DNA of 64,000 nucleotides, taken from the NCBI GenBank assembly GCA_038065035.1, contig JBBTRV010000004.1:51798-115797 (forward strand). Reading direction: 5' to 3'. How positions within the stretch are numbered: position 1 is the first letter of the stretch; each line of letters opens with the position of its first letter. Both the position numbers and the translations under genes were made by a program. The notes under the pieces are model-generated. The model was not told the DNA's origin. It worked only from the letters and a program-made list of their open reading frames with translations, and ran no database searches. Below are positions 10,524 to 20,435 of the stretch, piece by piece. The stretch comes from Patescibacteria group bacterium (lineage in GTDB: Bacteria > Patescibacteriota > Minisyncoccia > UBA6257 > UBA9933).

Positions 10524-11743
10524 AAAATATCTTAATTGTGGCTGATGTTTATCCGCCGGAAGTTTCTTCAGCCGCTCATTTGATGCAAGAGCTTGCCGAA
10601 GGCTTGAAAAAACACGGGCATAATATTTGGGTCGCCACTTCTTATCCAAAGCATTATTTGCCCAGAGAGTTTCAAGGAAAAGTTTTTGATGAATTTCGCG
10701 AAGAAAACGGCGTAAAAATTATCAGAATTAAAACTTTGCCGCTTCACAAGGTTAATTTTATAATTCGCGGGATTTCTCAATTAATTCTGCCACATTTGTT
10801 TTTCTGGAAAATTAAACAATATACAGATAGTTTAGATGGAGTGATAATTTATAGTCCTCCATTGCCCCTGTCTTTAATCGGCGGAATGATAAAAAAGAAA
10901 TACGGCGCCAAATTTATTTTAAATCTTCAGGATATTTTTCCGCAAAATGCAATTGATTTGGGCGTTTTGAAAGGTTGGAAATATAAACCGGCGATTTGGC
11001 TTTTTGAATGGATTGAAAAGAAAGTTTATAAAACAGCTGATAAAATAACTTTTCATTCTGAAGGCGGCAGGCAATTTTTAATTGAAAAAAAAGGTGTTCC
11101 GGCTGAAAAAATAATTACATTGCCGAATTGGATTGATTTTGCTTTTTATCAAAACCTAACTAAAGATATTTCTTTTAGGAGAGAATGGAGGTTGGAGAGA
11201 AAATTTATAATTCTTTTTGCTGGCATTATGGGGCCGGCACAGGGAATGGAATTTATAATAGAAGTTGCCAAAGAGATATCTGATATAAAAGACATTGTTT
11301 TTTTACTTGTTGGCGACGGTATGGAAAAAGGGAAAATTGAAAAATTAATCAAAGAATATAATTTAAAAAACATAATTATAAAACCCTTTGTCTCAAAAGA
11401 AGAATATCCGTATTTAGCTAAAGACGCCGATGTTGGAGTAGTTTGTTTAAGTAGAAATAACAAAACGCCTTTTGTACCGGGAAAATTTTTGGGATATATG
11501 GCGGCTGCTAAGCCAGTATTGGCTTTTTTAAATAAAGAAAGCGACGGTTTTGCCTTGATTGAAAAAGCTAAATGCGGTTATGCCGCAACGTCTGAAGACG
11601 TCAGTTTGGCAGCTGAATTAGTCAAACAAGTTTATAGTCAAAAGAATAAATTAAAGGAAATTGGCGATAATGGTTTTCAATATGTTAATGAAAATTTGAC
11701 CTTGGATGTTATTCTAAAAAAAATCGAAGAATTGATTTTTTAA
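10520..11743 (+). CDS. WbuB-like GT4 (probable L-FucNAc transferase)
   Basis: YPPE, SPPL, QDIFPQNA, PGKFLGYMAA; follows fnlABC. Confidence 0.8.
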   Translation: MKNILIVADVYPPEVSSAAHLMQELAEGLKKHGHNIWVATSYPKHYLPREFQGKVFDEFREENGVKIIRIKTLPLHKVNFIIRGISQLILPHLFFWKIKQYTDSLDGVIIYSPPLPLSLIGGMIKKKYGAKFILNLQDIFPQNAIDLGVLKGWKYKPAIWLFEWIEKKVYKTADKITFHSEGGRQFLIEKKGVPAEKIITLPNWIDFAFYQNLTKDISFRREWRLERKFIILFAGIMGPAQGMEFIIEVAKEISDIKDIVFLLVGDGMEKGKIEKLIKEYNLKNIIIKPFVSKEEYPYLAKDADVGVVCLSRNNKTPFVPGKFLGYMAAAKPVLAFLNKESDGFALIEKAKCGYAATSEDVSLAAELVKQVYSQKNKLKEIGDNGFQYVNENLTLDVILKKIEELIF

Positions 11744-11754
11744 TGATTATTATT

Positions 11755-13221
11755 TTACAGCTTCATTTTCGCGAATAAATCTTTAATTTCATTTATTGTA
11801 TCTTCTTTTAAGGTATAAAGTATTCCAAAATAAATTCCCGAGGAGATAATTATATTAATAATTACATTTAATCCGAAATAATTAAGGATATAACTGAAAA
11901 AGCCCATAATAATCGCGCTGGCGATTATTTTTTTTAGATAACGCAAAGTATGAAAATTACTAAGTTTTTTTATTTTGAACCAGACTGGCGTGAAATATAT
12001 GAATTGAGAAATTAATGTAGCGATTGCCGCGCCGCTGATGCCGTATTTAGGAATAAGTAAGACATTGAAAATTACATTACTTAAAGAACCAACTATTACA
12101 TAGCTGACTAGTTTTTTTTGTTGGTTATGCGCCATTATTAAATTGCCCAAAACAGCGCCCGGAAATTGAATAAGCAATGACGCGATTAATATTTTGAAGG
12201 ATGCGGCTGCCGGCAAATAAGTCCCCTCAAAAACAAATTTTATAAGAGGGCTGCTTAAAATAATCCCGCCGATTGCCAAGGGAATAGCGATAAGATACAG
12301 AATAACTATTAATTTTTCATTAAGATTGCGCGCTCGATCTAATTCGCCTTGTTTTATGAACTGCGTCATTGCCGGAAAAGCCGCGCTGGCGATAATCGCC
12401 GGCATAGTATAAAATATTTGAACAATTCGCTGGCTGGCTGAATAATAGCCGATTTCCTCAGCGTTACGCCACCAGCCGAGCATCACGATGTCAATATTAA
12501 GCATAAAAATGCCGAATAATCCGGTAAAAGCAAATGGCCAGCAATCATGGAAAAACTGGAGGGCTATTTTTTTATCAAAATTTTTAAATATTCCCTTAAC
12601 AATATTTTTAACAAAATAAAAAGCGACAGTGCTTAAGATGGCAACGCTGGTAATATATGCAAACAGCAAGGCGCCGGCAGTTTGATAAAATCTTAAAATA
12701 ATAAAGCCGGTTAAAGCGATTGCCACATTTATTATGACGGTTAAAAACGCTTCTCGTTCCATTTTTTCAATTCCTCGGAAGTAATGGAATACAAAATCTC
12801 TAAAATTATCAAAAATAACGAGTAAGGCTATAAAAGGTATTAAAGCAGCAGCTTCTTTAATATTTGAAAATTTCGGAGCGACGAAAATAATCAAAACGGC
12901 GGTAGTCGCCAATAATAAGTTTTTTATCCAAAAAGCGTTGATGAAATATATTGCTTTTTTTTCAGGATGACCGGCTATCTCGCGCGTCATCAAAGGGCTT
13001 ACGCCCAAATCGGCAAAAATCGTGAAAAACCCGGCGAGTCCTAAAGCGTAAGAAAAAATTCCGTATTCCGCGGCGCCCAAAACGCGAGCGGCGTAAATTA
13101 TAATTGTCGCTCTGATTAAACGACTTCCAACCTGGCTTACGCTTAGCCAAAAAGTGTTTTTAATAATTGTTTGGCGGGTGCTTTTATTTTGAAAAAGCAA
13201 TTCTTTTAGTCTGTTTATCAT
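11755..13221 (-). CDS. Wzx flippase
   Basis: KNTFW, ARVLGAAEYG, DIVMLG..IGYYSA; many TM helices. Confidence 0.9.
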   Translation of the reverse strand: MINRLKELLFQNKSTRQTIIKNTFWLSVSQVGSRLIRATIIIYAARVLGAAEYGIFSYALGLAGFFTIFADLGVSPLMTREIAGHPEKKAIYFINAFWIKNLLLATTAVLIIFVAPKFSNIKEAAALIPFIALLVIFDNFRDFVFHYFRGIEKMEREAFLTVIINVAIALTGFIILRFYQTAGALLFAYITSVAILSTVAFYFVKNIVKGIFKNFDKKIALQFFHDCWPFAFTGLFGIFMLNIDIVMLGWWRNAEEIGYYSASQRIVQIFYTMPAIIASAAFPAMTQFIKQGELDRARNLNEKLIVILYLIAIPLAIGGIILSSPLIKFVFEGTYLPAAASFKILIASLLIQFPGAVLGNLIMAHNQQKKLVSYVIVGSLSNVIFNVLLIPKYGISGAAIATLISQFIYFTPVWFKIKKLSNFHTLRYLKKIIASAIIMGFFSYILNYFGLNVIINIIISSGIYFGILYTLKEDTINEIKDLFAKMKL

Positions 13222-13229
13222 TATTTTAA

Positions 13230-14558
13230 TTATTGGTGAGAAATGAAAAAATATCTGATTGTTTTAAGCACAATCAGAAAATCCAAAAGCAGAGAGCGGT
13301 TTTTAATGTAATAAACATCATATTGGAGTTTTTTATAAGCTTCTTCAAGCGAGGCGCTGGGTTTGTAATTTAATTGCGCCCAGCCGGTTAAGCCAGGTTT
13401 TATAATATGGCGGATTTCGTAATAAGGCAGTTTTTTATACATTTGAACGAGCTCTGAGCGTTCCGGCCGCGGCCCGATAAAGGAAATATTGCCTTTTAAA
13501 ATATTAACAAGTTGAGGCAGTTCGTCTAAATGGGTATAGCGGATGATTTTTCCGATAAAAGTAAGGCGGCTATCATTTTTTTCAGTCCAAAGAGAACCAT
13601 TATGATTTATTATCATTGTCCTGAATTTATAAAGAACAAAAGGCATTTCTCCTTTCCCAATTCTTTCCTGCTTAAAAATAATAGGCCCTTCGGAAGTTAA
13701 TTTTATGATTATGGAAATTAATATCATTAAAGGTGAAAATAAAATCAACAATAGCAAAGACATTAAAAAATCTATTGATTTTTTCGCGGCATCATAAATT
13801 TTCCTGCCAGCCACGATGCTTTCGATGAACCAGCTTTCTTCAAGTTCATCAAGTGGTACTTTGTTAAAAAGCGTTTCAAAGAAAAGCGAAGAATCAATAA
13901 TTTGAATATCTAAAGGCAAAAGCCGATAAATTAATTTTGAACCAAGTGGATTGCTTTTTATTTTGTCATCTATCACCAAGGAATAGATTTTTTTGCTGGT
14001 AATGGAAGAAACAATATCGGAAAAATTTTTATCACTTAATCCTTCCTGAATGAGCGATTTGATGGCATAACCGATTTGAGGATTGTTTTTTAAGTATTCG
14101 GCGATTGAATTAATGCTTGTTGAATTGCCAATAAGCATTATCTGTTTTTTTAATCCGCCAGAAATAAATAAACTGGTTAAAATCAATCGCCAAAAGTAAT
14201 CAACTGCTCCATAAACAGCGCCGAATATTAACAAATTGGTTTTTGGCGTAAGTTTGAAAAAATCGCTAAAAATATAAAGAAGAATTATAGAAATAGCGAT
14301 ATTAATGGCAATCGCTAAAATAAAAGCTTGGATAGTTGCTATATTATGTTTATAAAACTTATCGTCATACAAATTAGACAAATAAAAAATTAAAAACCAG
14401 ACGATAAAAAGAAAGGAAAATGGTTTAATGTGAACTAATAAAGAAGGATAGAAATTAGATTGGCCATAGCGGATTAGAAGCGTTAAAACAAGGGCGCCGT
14501 ATAGAATGGCTATATCGCCGATTAAGAAAACCGCGGTTTTTGCCTTTTGAGCAATCAT
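13230..14558 (-). CDS. Polyprenyl-phosphate priming sugar transferase (WcaJ/WbaP family)
   Basis: KFRTM, DELPQL, IGPRPE, KPGLTGWAQ, YDVYYI. Confidence 0.9.
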   Translation of the reverse strand: MIAQKAKTAVFLIGDIAILYGALVLTLLIRYGQSNFYPSLLVHIKPFSFLFIVWFLIFYLSNLYDDKFYKHNIATIQAFILAIAINIAISIILLYIFSDFFKLTPKTNLLIFGAVYGAVDYFWRLILTSLFISGGLKKQIMLIGNSTSINSIAEYLKNNPQIGYAIKSLIQEGLSDKNFSDIVSSITSKKIYSLVIDDKIKSNPLGSKLIYRLLPLDIQIIDSSLFFETLFNKVPLDELEESWFIESIVAGRKIYDAAKKSIDFLMSLLLLILFSPLMILISIIIKLTSEGPIIFKQERIGKGEMPFVLYKFRTMIINHNGSLWTEKNDSRLTFIGKIIRYTHLDELPQLVNILKGNISFIGPRPERSELVQMYKKLPYYEIRHIIKPGLTGWAQLNYKPSASLEEAYKKLQYDVYYIKNRSLLLDFLIVLKTIRYFFISHQ

Positions 14559-14594
14559 AAATATTTAATTGATATAATATCACATAATTTGCTA

Positions 14595-14623
14595 TTGACA
14601 AAGTCTTTTTTACTTGGTAAGCT
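14595..14623 (+). promoter_or_regulatory. sigma70-type promoter
   Basis: TTGACA-17 bp-TAAGCT with TG extension. Confidence 0.6.
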
Positions 14624-14739
14624 TTAAAAAGTTTAGTGTGGTCTAAATGAATCATTTCGAATAAGCCTTAATAAAAATTTAGGTCGAAGCGAATAACCAT
14701 TTTGCCAATCGCTAAATAATTAAAAAGGGACGATAAAAT

Positions 14740-14818
14740 TAACAGATGACTAATAACTGATGACTAACAGCTAACAGCAGTAAAAAAGTTGTAAGTTGTA
14801 GGTTGTTTGTTGTAAGTT
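14740..14818. repeat. Inverted heptamer-repeat element
   Basis: TAACAGC-like units followed by GTTGTAA-like units. Confidence 0.6.
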
Positions 14819-14834
14819 AAATAGTGTAGGCAAA

Positions 14835-15026
14835 ATGGCTTATTCAGATCAAGGACAAGGCAATTTTAACCGCAAGATGTATTCTGGCAATTGGCAGTGT
14901 TCTAAGTGTCAAGCGCCGATAAATGAACTTCCGTTCGAACCAGATCCATCAAGGCTTGACCAATTGCTTTGCCGTGATTGCCACCGCGAAAGAAGGAAAA
15001 CTTTCGATAGGTTTCCGAGACGGTAG
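14835..15026 (+). CDS. CxxC-x17-CxxC-type small Zn-finger protein
   Basis: CSKC..ELPFEP..LLCRDCH. Confidence 0.8.
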   Translation: MAYSDQGQGNFNRKMYSGNWQCSKCQAPINELPFEPDPSRLDQLLCRDCHRERRKTFDRFPRR

Positions 15027-15031
15027 GCATA

Positions 15032-15064
15032 AAAAATTCCCCCGATAAAATCGGGGGAATTTTT
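15032..15064 (+). terminator. Intrinsic terminator
   Basis: AATTCCCCCGA-TAAAA-TCGGGGGAATT followed by T run. Confidence 0.8.
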
Positions 15065-15151
15065 GTTGAGATTTTTTGATATTTATTTATAATTATAATA
15101 TAAAGGTCGTCTTTATTAATAGTTAATTATAATTACGAAATAATAAAATAT

Positions 15152-15340
15152 ATGAAGTGGTTAAACTGGGTTGTTCTTTTTTTGGGATTATGGATATTGG
15201 TTTCTCCATGGACATTGAATTTTTCAGCTTATGGCAATATAGTTATCTGGAATAGCGTGATAAGCGGAGCATTAGTTATTATTTTCGCTTTGTGGCAGCT
15301 GTTTGGCGGCGATTCTTCAAGGCCGACAACGCCGCAGTAA
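15152..15340 (+). CDS. SPW-repeat membrane protein
   Basis: LGLWILVSPW..WNSVISG. Confidence 0.8.
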   Translation: MKWLNWVVLFLGLWILVSPWTLNFSAYGNIVIWNSVISGALVIIFALWQLFGGDSSRPTTPQ

Positions 15341-15346
15341 AAAATT

Positions 15347-15574
15347 ATGGTCAAAATTTACACAACAACAACTTGCCCTTACTGCGTAATGGCAAAAGAT
15401 TATTTTAAGGAAAAAGGCGTAGGTTATGAAGAATATAATGTTGCCGAAGACAGGAACGCTTACGAAGAAATGCTTAAAAAATCCAATCAGATGGGTGTGC
15501 CAGTAATTGATATTAACGATGTGATTATAGTTGGTTTCAATAGGACGGAAATAGACAAGGCATTGCAAAAATAA
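15347..15574 (+). CDS. Glutaredoxin/NrdH-like redoxin
   Basis: CPYC, GVPVI. Confidence 0.9.
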   Translation: MVKIYTTTTCPYCVMAKDYFKEKGVGYEEYNVAEDRNAYEEMLKKSNQMGVPVIDINDVIIVGFNRTEIDKALQK

Positions 15575-15575
15575 T

Positions 15576-16493
15576 ATGTATGATTTAATTATTATCGGCG
15601 CGGGACCGGCGGGCATTGCCGCCGGCATTTACGCGGCGCGTAAGAAATTAAAAACTTTAATAATTAGCGCCGATATTGGCGGCCAGCCGGTAATTGCTTC
15701 AAAAATAAATAATTTTATCGGTTTTAAATCTTTAAGCGGCGTTGAATTGAAAAAAGCGCTTGAAGAACATTTGCGTTCTTATGAAGGAATTGAATTAAAA
15801 GAAGGGCAAAAAGTTTCTAAAATAGAAAAAAATGGCGAGCGGTTTTCAATTACGGCTGAAAACGAAGAAATTTTTGAGACAAAAACCGTTTTGCTAGCCA
15901 TGGGCAGCAGACCAAGAAAATTAAACGTTCCCGGCGAGTCAAAATTTGAAGGCAGGGGTGTTTTTTATTGTTCAATTTGCGACGCGCCGCTGATGAAAAA
16001 TAAAATTGCGGCTGTTGTCGGAGGTGGAAACTCCGGATTTTACGCTGTGCTTGATTTAATTTCTTACGCGTCAAAAATTTATGTTTTGGAATATTCTGAT
16101 TCATTTAAAGCCGATCCTATTTATATAGATAAAGCCAAAGAATCCGGTAGGGTGGAATTCATCACAATGGCCGCGGCGCAGGAAATTACTGGCGATGGTT
16201 TTGTTAAAAACCTTAAATACCAGAAACGCGATACCGGAGAAAATAAAGAAATTGATTTAGACGGCGTTTTCGTGGCCGTTGGTTATCAGCCGAATAATCC
16301 CTTGGTAAAAGATTTGGTTAAAATAAACAACAATGGCAGAGTGATTATTAACCATCAAACTCAGGAAACTTCTATTCCGGGAATTTGGGCTGCCGGCGAT
16401 GTAACCGATGTTTTATATAATCAGATTAATATTGCCATTGGCGATGCCATCACTGCCGTTTTAAATATCTACGATTATTTAAATGAGAGATGA
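15576..16493 (+). CDS. trxB: Thioredoxin-disulfide reductase
   Basis: GAGPAG, CSICD, GGGNSG, AAGDVT. Confidence 0.85.
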   Translation: MYDLIIIGAGPAGIAAGIYAARKKLKTLIISADIGGQPVIASKINNFIGFKSLSGVELKKALEEHLRSYEGIELKEGQKVSKIEKNGERFSITAENEEIFETKTVLLAMGSRPRKLNVPGESKFEGRGVFYCSICDAPLMKNKIAAVVGGGNSGFYAVLDLISYASKIYVLEYSDSFKADPIYIDKAKESGRVEFITMAAAQEITGDGFVKNLKYQKRDTGENKEIDLDGVFVAVGYQPNNPLVKDLVKINNNGRVIINHQTQETSIPGIWAAGDVTDVLYNQINIAIGDAITAVLNIYDYLNER

Positions 16494-17509
16494 ATACAAG
16501 TTATATTATTTTAGTAGCGGTATTTTTAGGAATAATAAGTCTTTTAAGTTTTAGTATTCATAGTGGAATTATTGAAATAAAAAAGCCGCAGAATTTTTTA
16601 GGATTGGTAGGCGTTGATAATTCTGATGACTTTAAATTTGTCGGCAGCGTTGATCTGGAAGTTAATCTGCGAAACAGTTCTTCAACTCAAGACAACAACT
16701 ATCTTGAGAATAATAATAAGAAAGCAATAAGCGCGCCTGTAAAAACAAAAAAAGAAAAAGAGCCGAGCCAAACTATTGTGAAAGTGATAAGCGGAGCGGC
16801 TTTAAATCAGAAAAACGATGCTTCGTTGTTTTCGTCAATTGTTTCCGCAACAACATCAGTTGCATCCTCAACTGCGTCCTCAACGATTGCCGCGATTTTG
16901 CCGATTGAGGCGCCGGCTCAAATTCAGAATAAAATTTCTGAGCAAATTTCTGAAAAAATTTTAGAGCAAATTCCGGCAAAAATATTCGAAGAAATTCCAA
17001 AAGAAATTCCGGCGCAATCTACTGAGCAAGCTCCAGCGCTAATATTAGAACAGGTTCAAGAGTATATTATCGGCAATATTTTAATCAGCGAAATTATGGC
17101 TGGCGCTGACGGTAATTCCAGCTATGAATTTATTGAACTTTTTAATTCAACGGCAAGCTCTGTTGATTTAACCGGCTGGTCTATAAAAAAGAAAAGTTCC
17201 AGCGGCAGCGAATCAACGCTTGTGTCAAGCAGCCGTTTTGAAAATAAAATAATTCCGCCGAATAAATATTTTTTATTGGCTAATGAGGGCGGCTATGATG
17301 GTCAAATTTCAGCTGATGTTTTTTGGCCGAAATCTTATACGCTGGCGTATGCCAGCAATGCTATCATTATTTATAATTCCAATAATGAGCTTGTTGAAGA
17401 AGTTAGCTGGACTGAAATTTCCAAAGGCCAAAGCATTGAAAGGGAATATTTTAACAATAATCAATTTAAAACTCAATCAAATCCTAATCCTCAAAATTCC
17501 AGCTTGTAG
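16490..17509 (+). CDS. Membrane-anchored lamin-tail-domain protein
   Basis: N-terminal TM, S/T linker, 4-aa repeats, ILISEI..EFIELFN..DLTGW. Confidence 0.75.
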   Translation: MNTSYIILVAVFLGIISLLSFSIHSGIIEIKKPQNFLGLVGVDNSDDFKFVGSVDLEVNLRNSSSTQDNNYLENNNKKAISAPVKTKKEKEPSQTIVKVISGAALNQKNDASLFSSIVSATTSVASSTASSTIAAILPIEAPAQIQNKISEQISEKILEQIPAKIFEEIPKEIPAQSTEQAPALILEQVQEYIIGNILISEIMAGADGNSSYEFIELFNSTASSVDLTGWSIKKKSSSGSESTLVSSSRFENKIIPPNKYFLLANEGGYDGQISADVFWPKSYTLAYASNAIIIYNSNNELVEEVSWTEISKGQSIEREYFNNNQFKTQSNPNPQNSSL

Positions 17510-17540
17510 GTATTAGATTTTTTTAATATACTTAATTAAT

Positions 17541-20381
17541 ATGGTTGACCAAAAACTCATTGATTATATAAAAAATCAATTACAATTTGGCAGAAACGAG
17601 GATGTTATTAAAGTTCTTTTGAAAAATGTTGGTTGGCAAAATAATGATATTGAAGAAGGTTTTAATGCTATAAAAACGGAAATAAAAATTAAGGGCGCGA
17701 CAGCGCCGATTTTTAATAATAATGAGCGGCAAATTCAAGGATTCCAACAGCCGACAGTTCATGACAATTTTAAGTCTTCTTTACAAATATCAAAGTCTTC
17801 AAAAAAAAGATTTTTAACTAATATTTCAATCATTGTTTTCATTTTGAGTGCTTGCGGCGCGGCGCTGTATTTTTTTTATTGGAATTCGCCAAATATCATT
17901 TTTGGTCGGATGATTTTTCAGCTGGCAAAAATTAAATCTTTAGAATATTCAGTCGAATTCAATATCGAAATGAATAACGAATCTTTTATTAATGGAATAT
18001 TGTCTCAGTCTTCATCTTCTATTGATATGCTTGGCGGCATAGATCTTTCAACAATGCTTGCGCAAAGGTATAGCAAAGAGGACAAGGTTATTTTTTCTCT
18101 TGGCGTAAAAGGAGCGTCTGACTTTAATGATTTTAAAAAACAGAAACATGGCGCAATTATAAGCGCTGTTTGCGAGACTTGCGCCCGCGAGAAGAAAATT
18201 AGCGGAGAAATAAAAATGATTGATAATGTTCTCTATGCCAAATTGAATGAGTTGCCGAGATGGGGAGCAATTAACTTTAATTTTTTAACGGCTGATTGGA
18301 TAAGGGTTGATATGGCGAGCGGAACAAAGCCGCTATTTGAAGGAATATTCGGCAATAATCAAAATGAAATAGAAGATAAAAATTCAATCAAGGAAAGTTC
18401 GTCAACACAAAAATCTGAACTATCGGAAAGACAAATGAAAGAATTAAGGAAGATTTATAAAGAGCATCCGTTTTTTAGAACCGTGAAAATGCCGACAGCG
18501 GAAATTGACGGCATTAAGAGTTATTATTTGAAAGTTGAGCTGATTAAAGAAAATTTTAAAGAATTTTTATTGAGCGCTAAACCGGCAATAGAAGGTAAGC
18601 CATTCACTAATGAAGAAATAAGCAATTTAGATAAAAGTTTAGAAAATCTTACGTCTTTGACCGGTGAAATTTGGATTGGCAAAAAAGACCTTTTGCCGCA
18701 TAAGGCGCTATTTTTGATGTCAATAAAAGAAAATGGCAGTCAAAATTCTACTCATATTTTTTCAATCAATATGTTTTTTAAAAATTTTAACAACGCCGTG
18801 GCTATAAATCATCCATCCGACTCAAGAGATATATGGGAATTTATAACAAATGATTTATTTATGGGGCTTGCTAAAATACCAAACATTTCGTTTTTATTTG
18901 AAAATTACGATATTGATAATGACGGGATAGCAAATATTGATGAAACAAATATTTACCAAACAGATCCATCGAGCAATGATAGCGATAAAGACGGCATTAA
19001 TGACGGCGAAGATATTTATGAAGAATTAAAAAATAATATTTTAAATAGTGCGGGGAAAATCAAGATTTACAAAAATAATATAGCAAAATACAGTATTAAT
19101 TCATTAAAGGCCTTTTATGAGGCTAAAGCGCGGGTTCTTTACAATCCGGAATTATATCTTCCAAAAGAAGCAGTGGCAAGTTTAGCAACGGCCTTTCAGC
19201 ATAGACAAGCGGGCAATTTTGAAAAATCCCTAGAAGAGCTTAATAAAATTTCAATGCAAGCAGTGAGCGCTGGAGCGGTTTATCATGGACTGGGGCTTAC
19301 TTATTTTAGAATGAATGATTTAAATAAAGCTCTAGAATTTTTTGAAAAAGCGTTCAATGATATCACTTATAAAACCAATAGTCCGTTTTTGTATCAGGAT
19401 CTTTTCTCAACAAACTATAGATTGGGTTTTAAAGAAAAATCATCGCAATATCTCAATGAAGGCATTATTAATTTTCTAGACTATTATCCTCTTTATTATT
19501 CATTAGCGGAATATTATATCGAAAATAATAATTTAAGCGCAGCGGAAGAAATTACAAAGCAGGGATTAATCGCGGAACCACTATATTCGGAATTTTGGAA
19601 TTATCTCGGAATTTTATCTGATAGGAAAAAAGAAAATAATAAAGCGTTTGAATATTATAAGAAAGCCATTTCTCTTGATTGGGAAAATGCGACACCGCAT
19701 ATGAACCTATCTTTGTCATTTTATGATTTGAAAAAATCAAAAGAGGCGTTAGCGGAAGCTTTAATAGCGGATATGTTTAATTCTTCAGACGCGCATATTA
19801 AGAATGTTTTGGGGCTTGCCTACGAAATCAATAATAGTCAAGAAGCCGCTATCAGAGAATATAAAAAGGCGATCCAATTAGATCCTTTTTATGAAAGGCC
19901 ATATAACAATTTGGGGATTGTTTATGAAAATCTTAAACAATATGCGTTGGCAGAACAGTATTTTAAGAAAGCAGTCGAGGTTAATCCTAATTATGCCAAA
20001 GCATATAGCAATCTTGGTTCTTTTTATTTTAATCAAGGAATAAGAAGTTTATTTATTAACAATGAGCATTTAAAAGCCAAACCATATTTAGAAAAATCAA
20101 TAGAAATAGATTCTAATCAGTATTTGTCTTATCAGACATTAGGGAGAGTTTATCAAGTTATGTCTGAGCATGACAATGTTTATCATAATCTGGCAGAAGT
20201 TAATTTTAAAAAATCTATCGAACTTAAATATGATGAATTTTTATCTCATAGACAGTTGGGATTTGTTTATTTTGTCCAAGGAGGCAGGGAAAAAGAAGCT
20301 ATTAAAGAATTTGAAATAGCGATTTCCTTAGGAATGAAAGACAAGGAAGTTGAACAGATAATCAAAAATTATAAACAATAA
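17541..20381 (+). CDS. Membrane-anchored protein with Ca-binding DxDxDG repeat and TPR array
   Basis: TM at about aa 92-113, DIDNDG..DSDKDG, repeated YNNLG/AY.NLG TPR units. Confidence 0.75.
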   Translation: MVDQKLIDYIKNQLQFGRNEDVIKVLLKNVGWQNNDIEEGFNAIKTEIKIKGATAPIFNNNERQIQGFQQPTVHDNFKSSLQISKSSKKRFLTNISIIVFILSACGAALYFFYWNSPNIIFGRMIFQLAKIKSLEYSVEFNIEMNNESFINGILSQSSSSIDMLGGIDLSTMLAQRYSKEDKVIFSLGVKGASDFNDFKKQKHGAIISAVCETCAREKKISGEIKMIDNVLYAKLNELPRWGAINFNFLTADWIRVDMASGTKPLFEGIFGNNQNEIEDKNSIKESSSTQKSELSERQMKELRKIYKEHPFFRTVKMPTAEIDGIKSYYLKVELIKENFKEFLLSAKPAIEGKPFTNEEISNLDKSLENLTSLTGEIWIGKKDLLPHKALFLMSIKENGSQNSTHIFSINMFFKNFNNAVAINHPSDSRDIWEFITNDLFMGLAKIPNISFLFENYDIDNDGIANIDETNIYQTDPSSNDSDKDGINDGEDIYEELKNNILNSAGKIKIYKNNIAKYSINSLKAFYEAKARVLYNPELYLPKEAVASLATAFQHRQAGNFEKSLEELNKISMQAVSAGAVYHGLGLTYFRMNDLNKALEFFEKAFNDITYKTNSPFLYQDLFSTNYRLGFKEKSSQYLNEGIINFLDYYPLYYSLAEYYIENNNLSAAEEITKQGLIAEPLYSEFWNYLGILSDRKKENNKAFEYYKKAISLDWENATPHMNLSLSFYDLKKSKEALAEALIADMFNSSDAHIKNVLGLAYEINNSQEAAIREYKKAIQLDPFYERPYNNLGIVYENLKQYALAEQYFKKAVEVNPNYAKAYSNLGSFYFNQGIRSLFINNEHLKAKPYLEKSIEIDSNQYLSYQTLGRVYQVMSEHDNVYHNLAEVNFKKSIELKYDEFLSHRQLGFVYFVQGGREKEAIKEFEIAISLGMKDKEVEQIIKNYKQ

Positions 20382-20435
20382 ATATGGAATTTATTGCGCG
20401 TTGAATAATTCTTTTAATTTTTGTATAATTTAAAA

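Noticed and set aside
16931-17020. 12-nt periodic repeat in lamin-tail protein
   Set aside because: Codon-phase repeat giving an ordinary 4-aa linker (ISEQ/IPAK); unrelated to the heptamer arrays.
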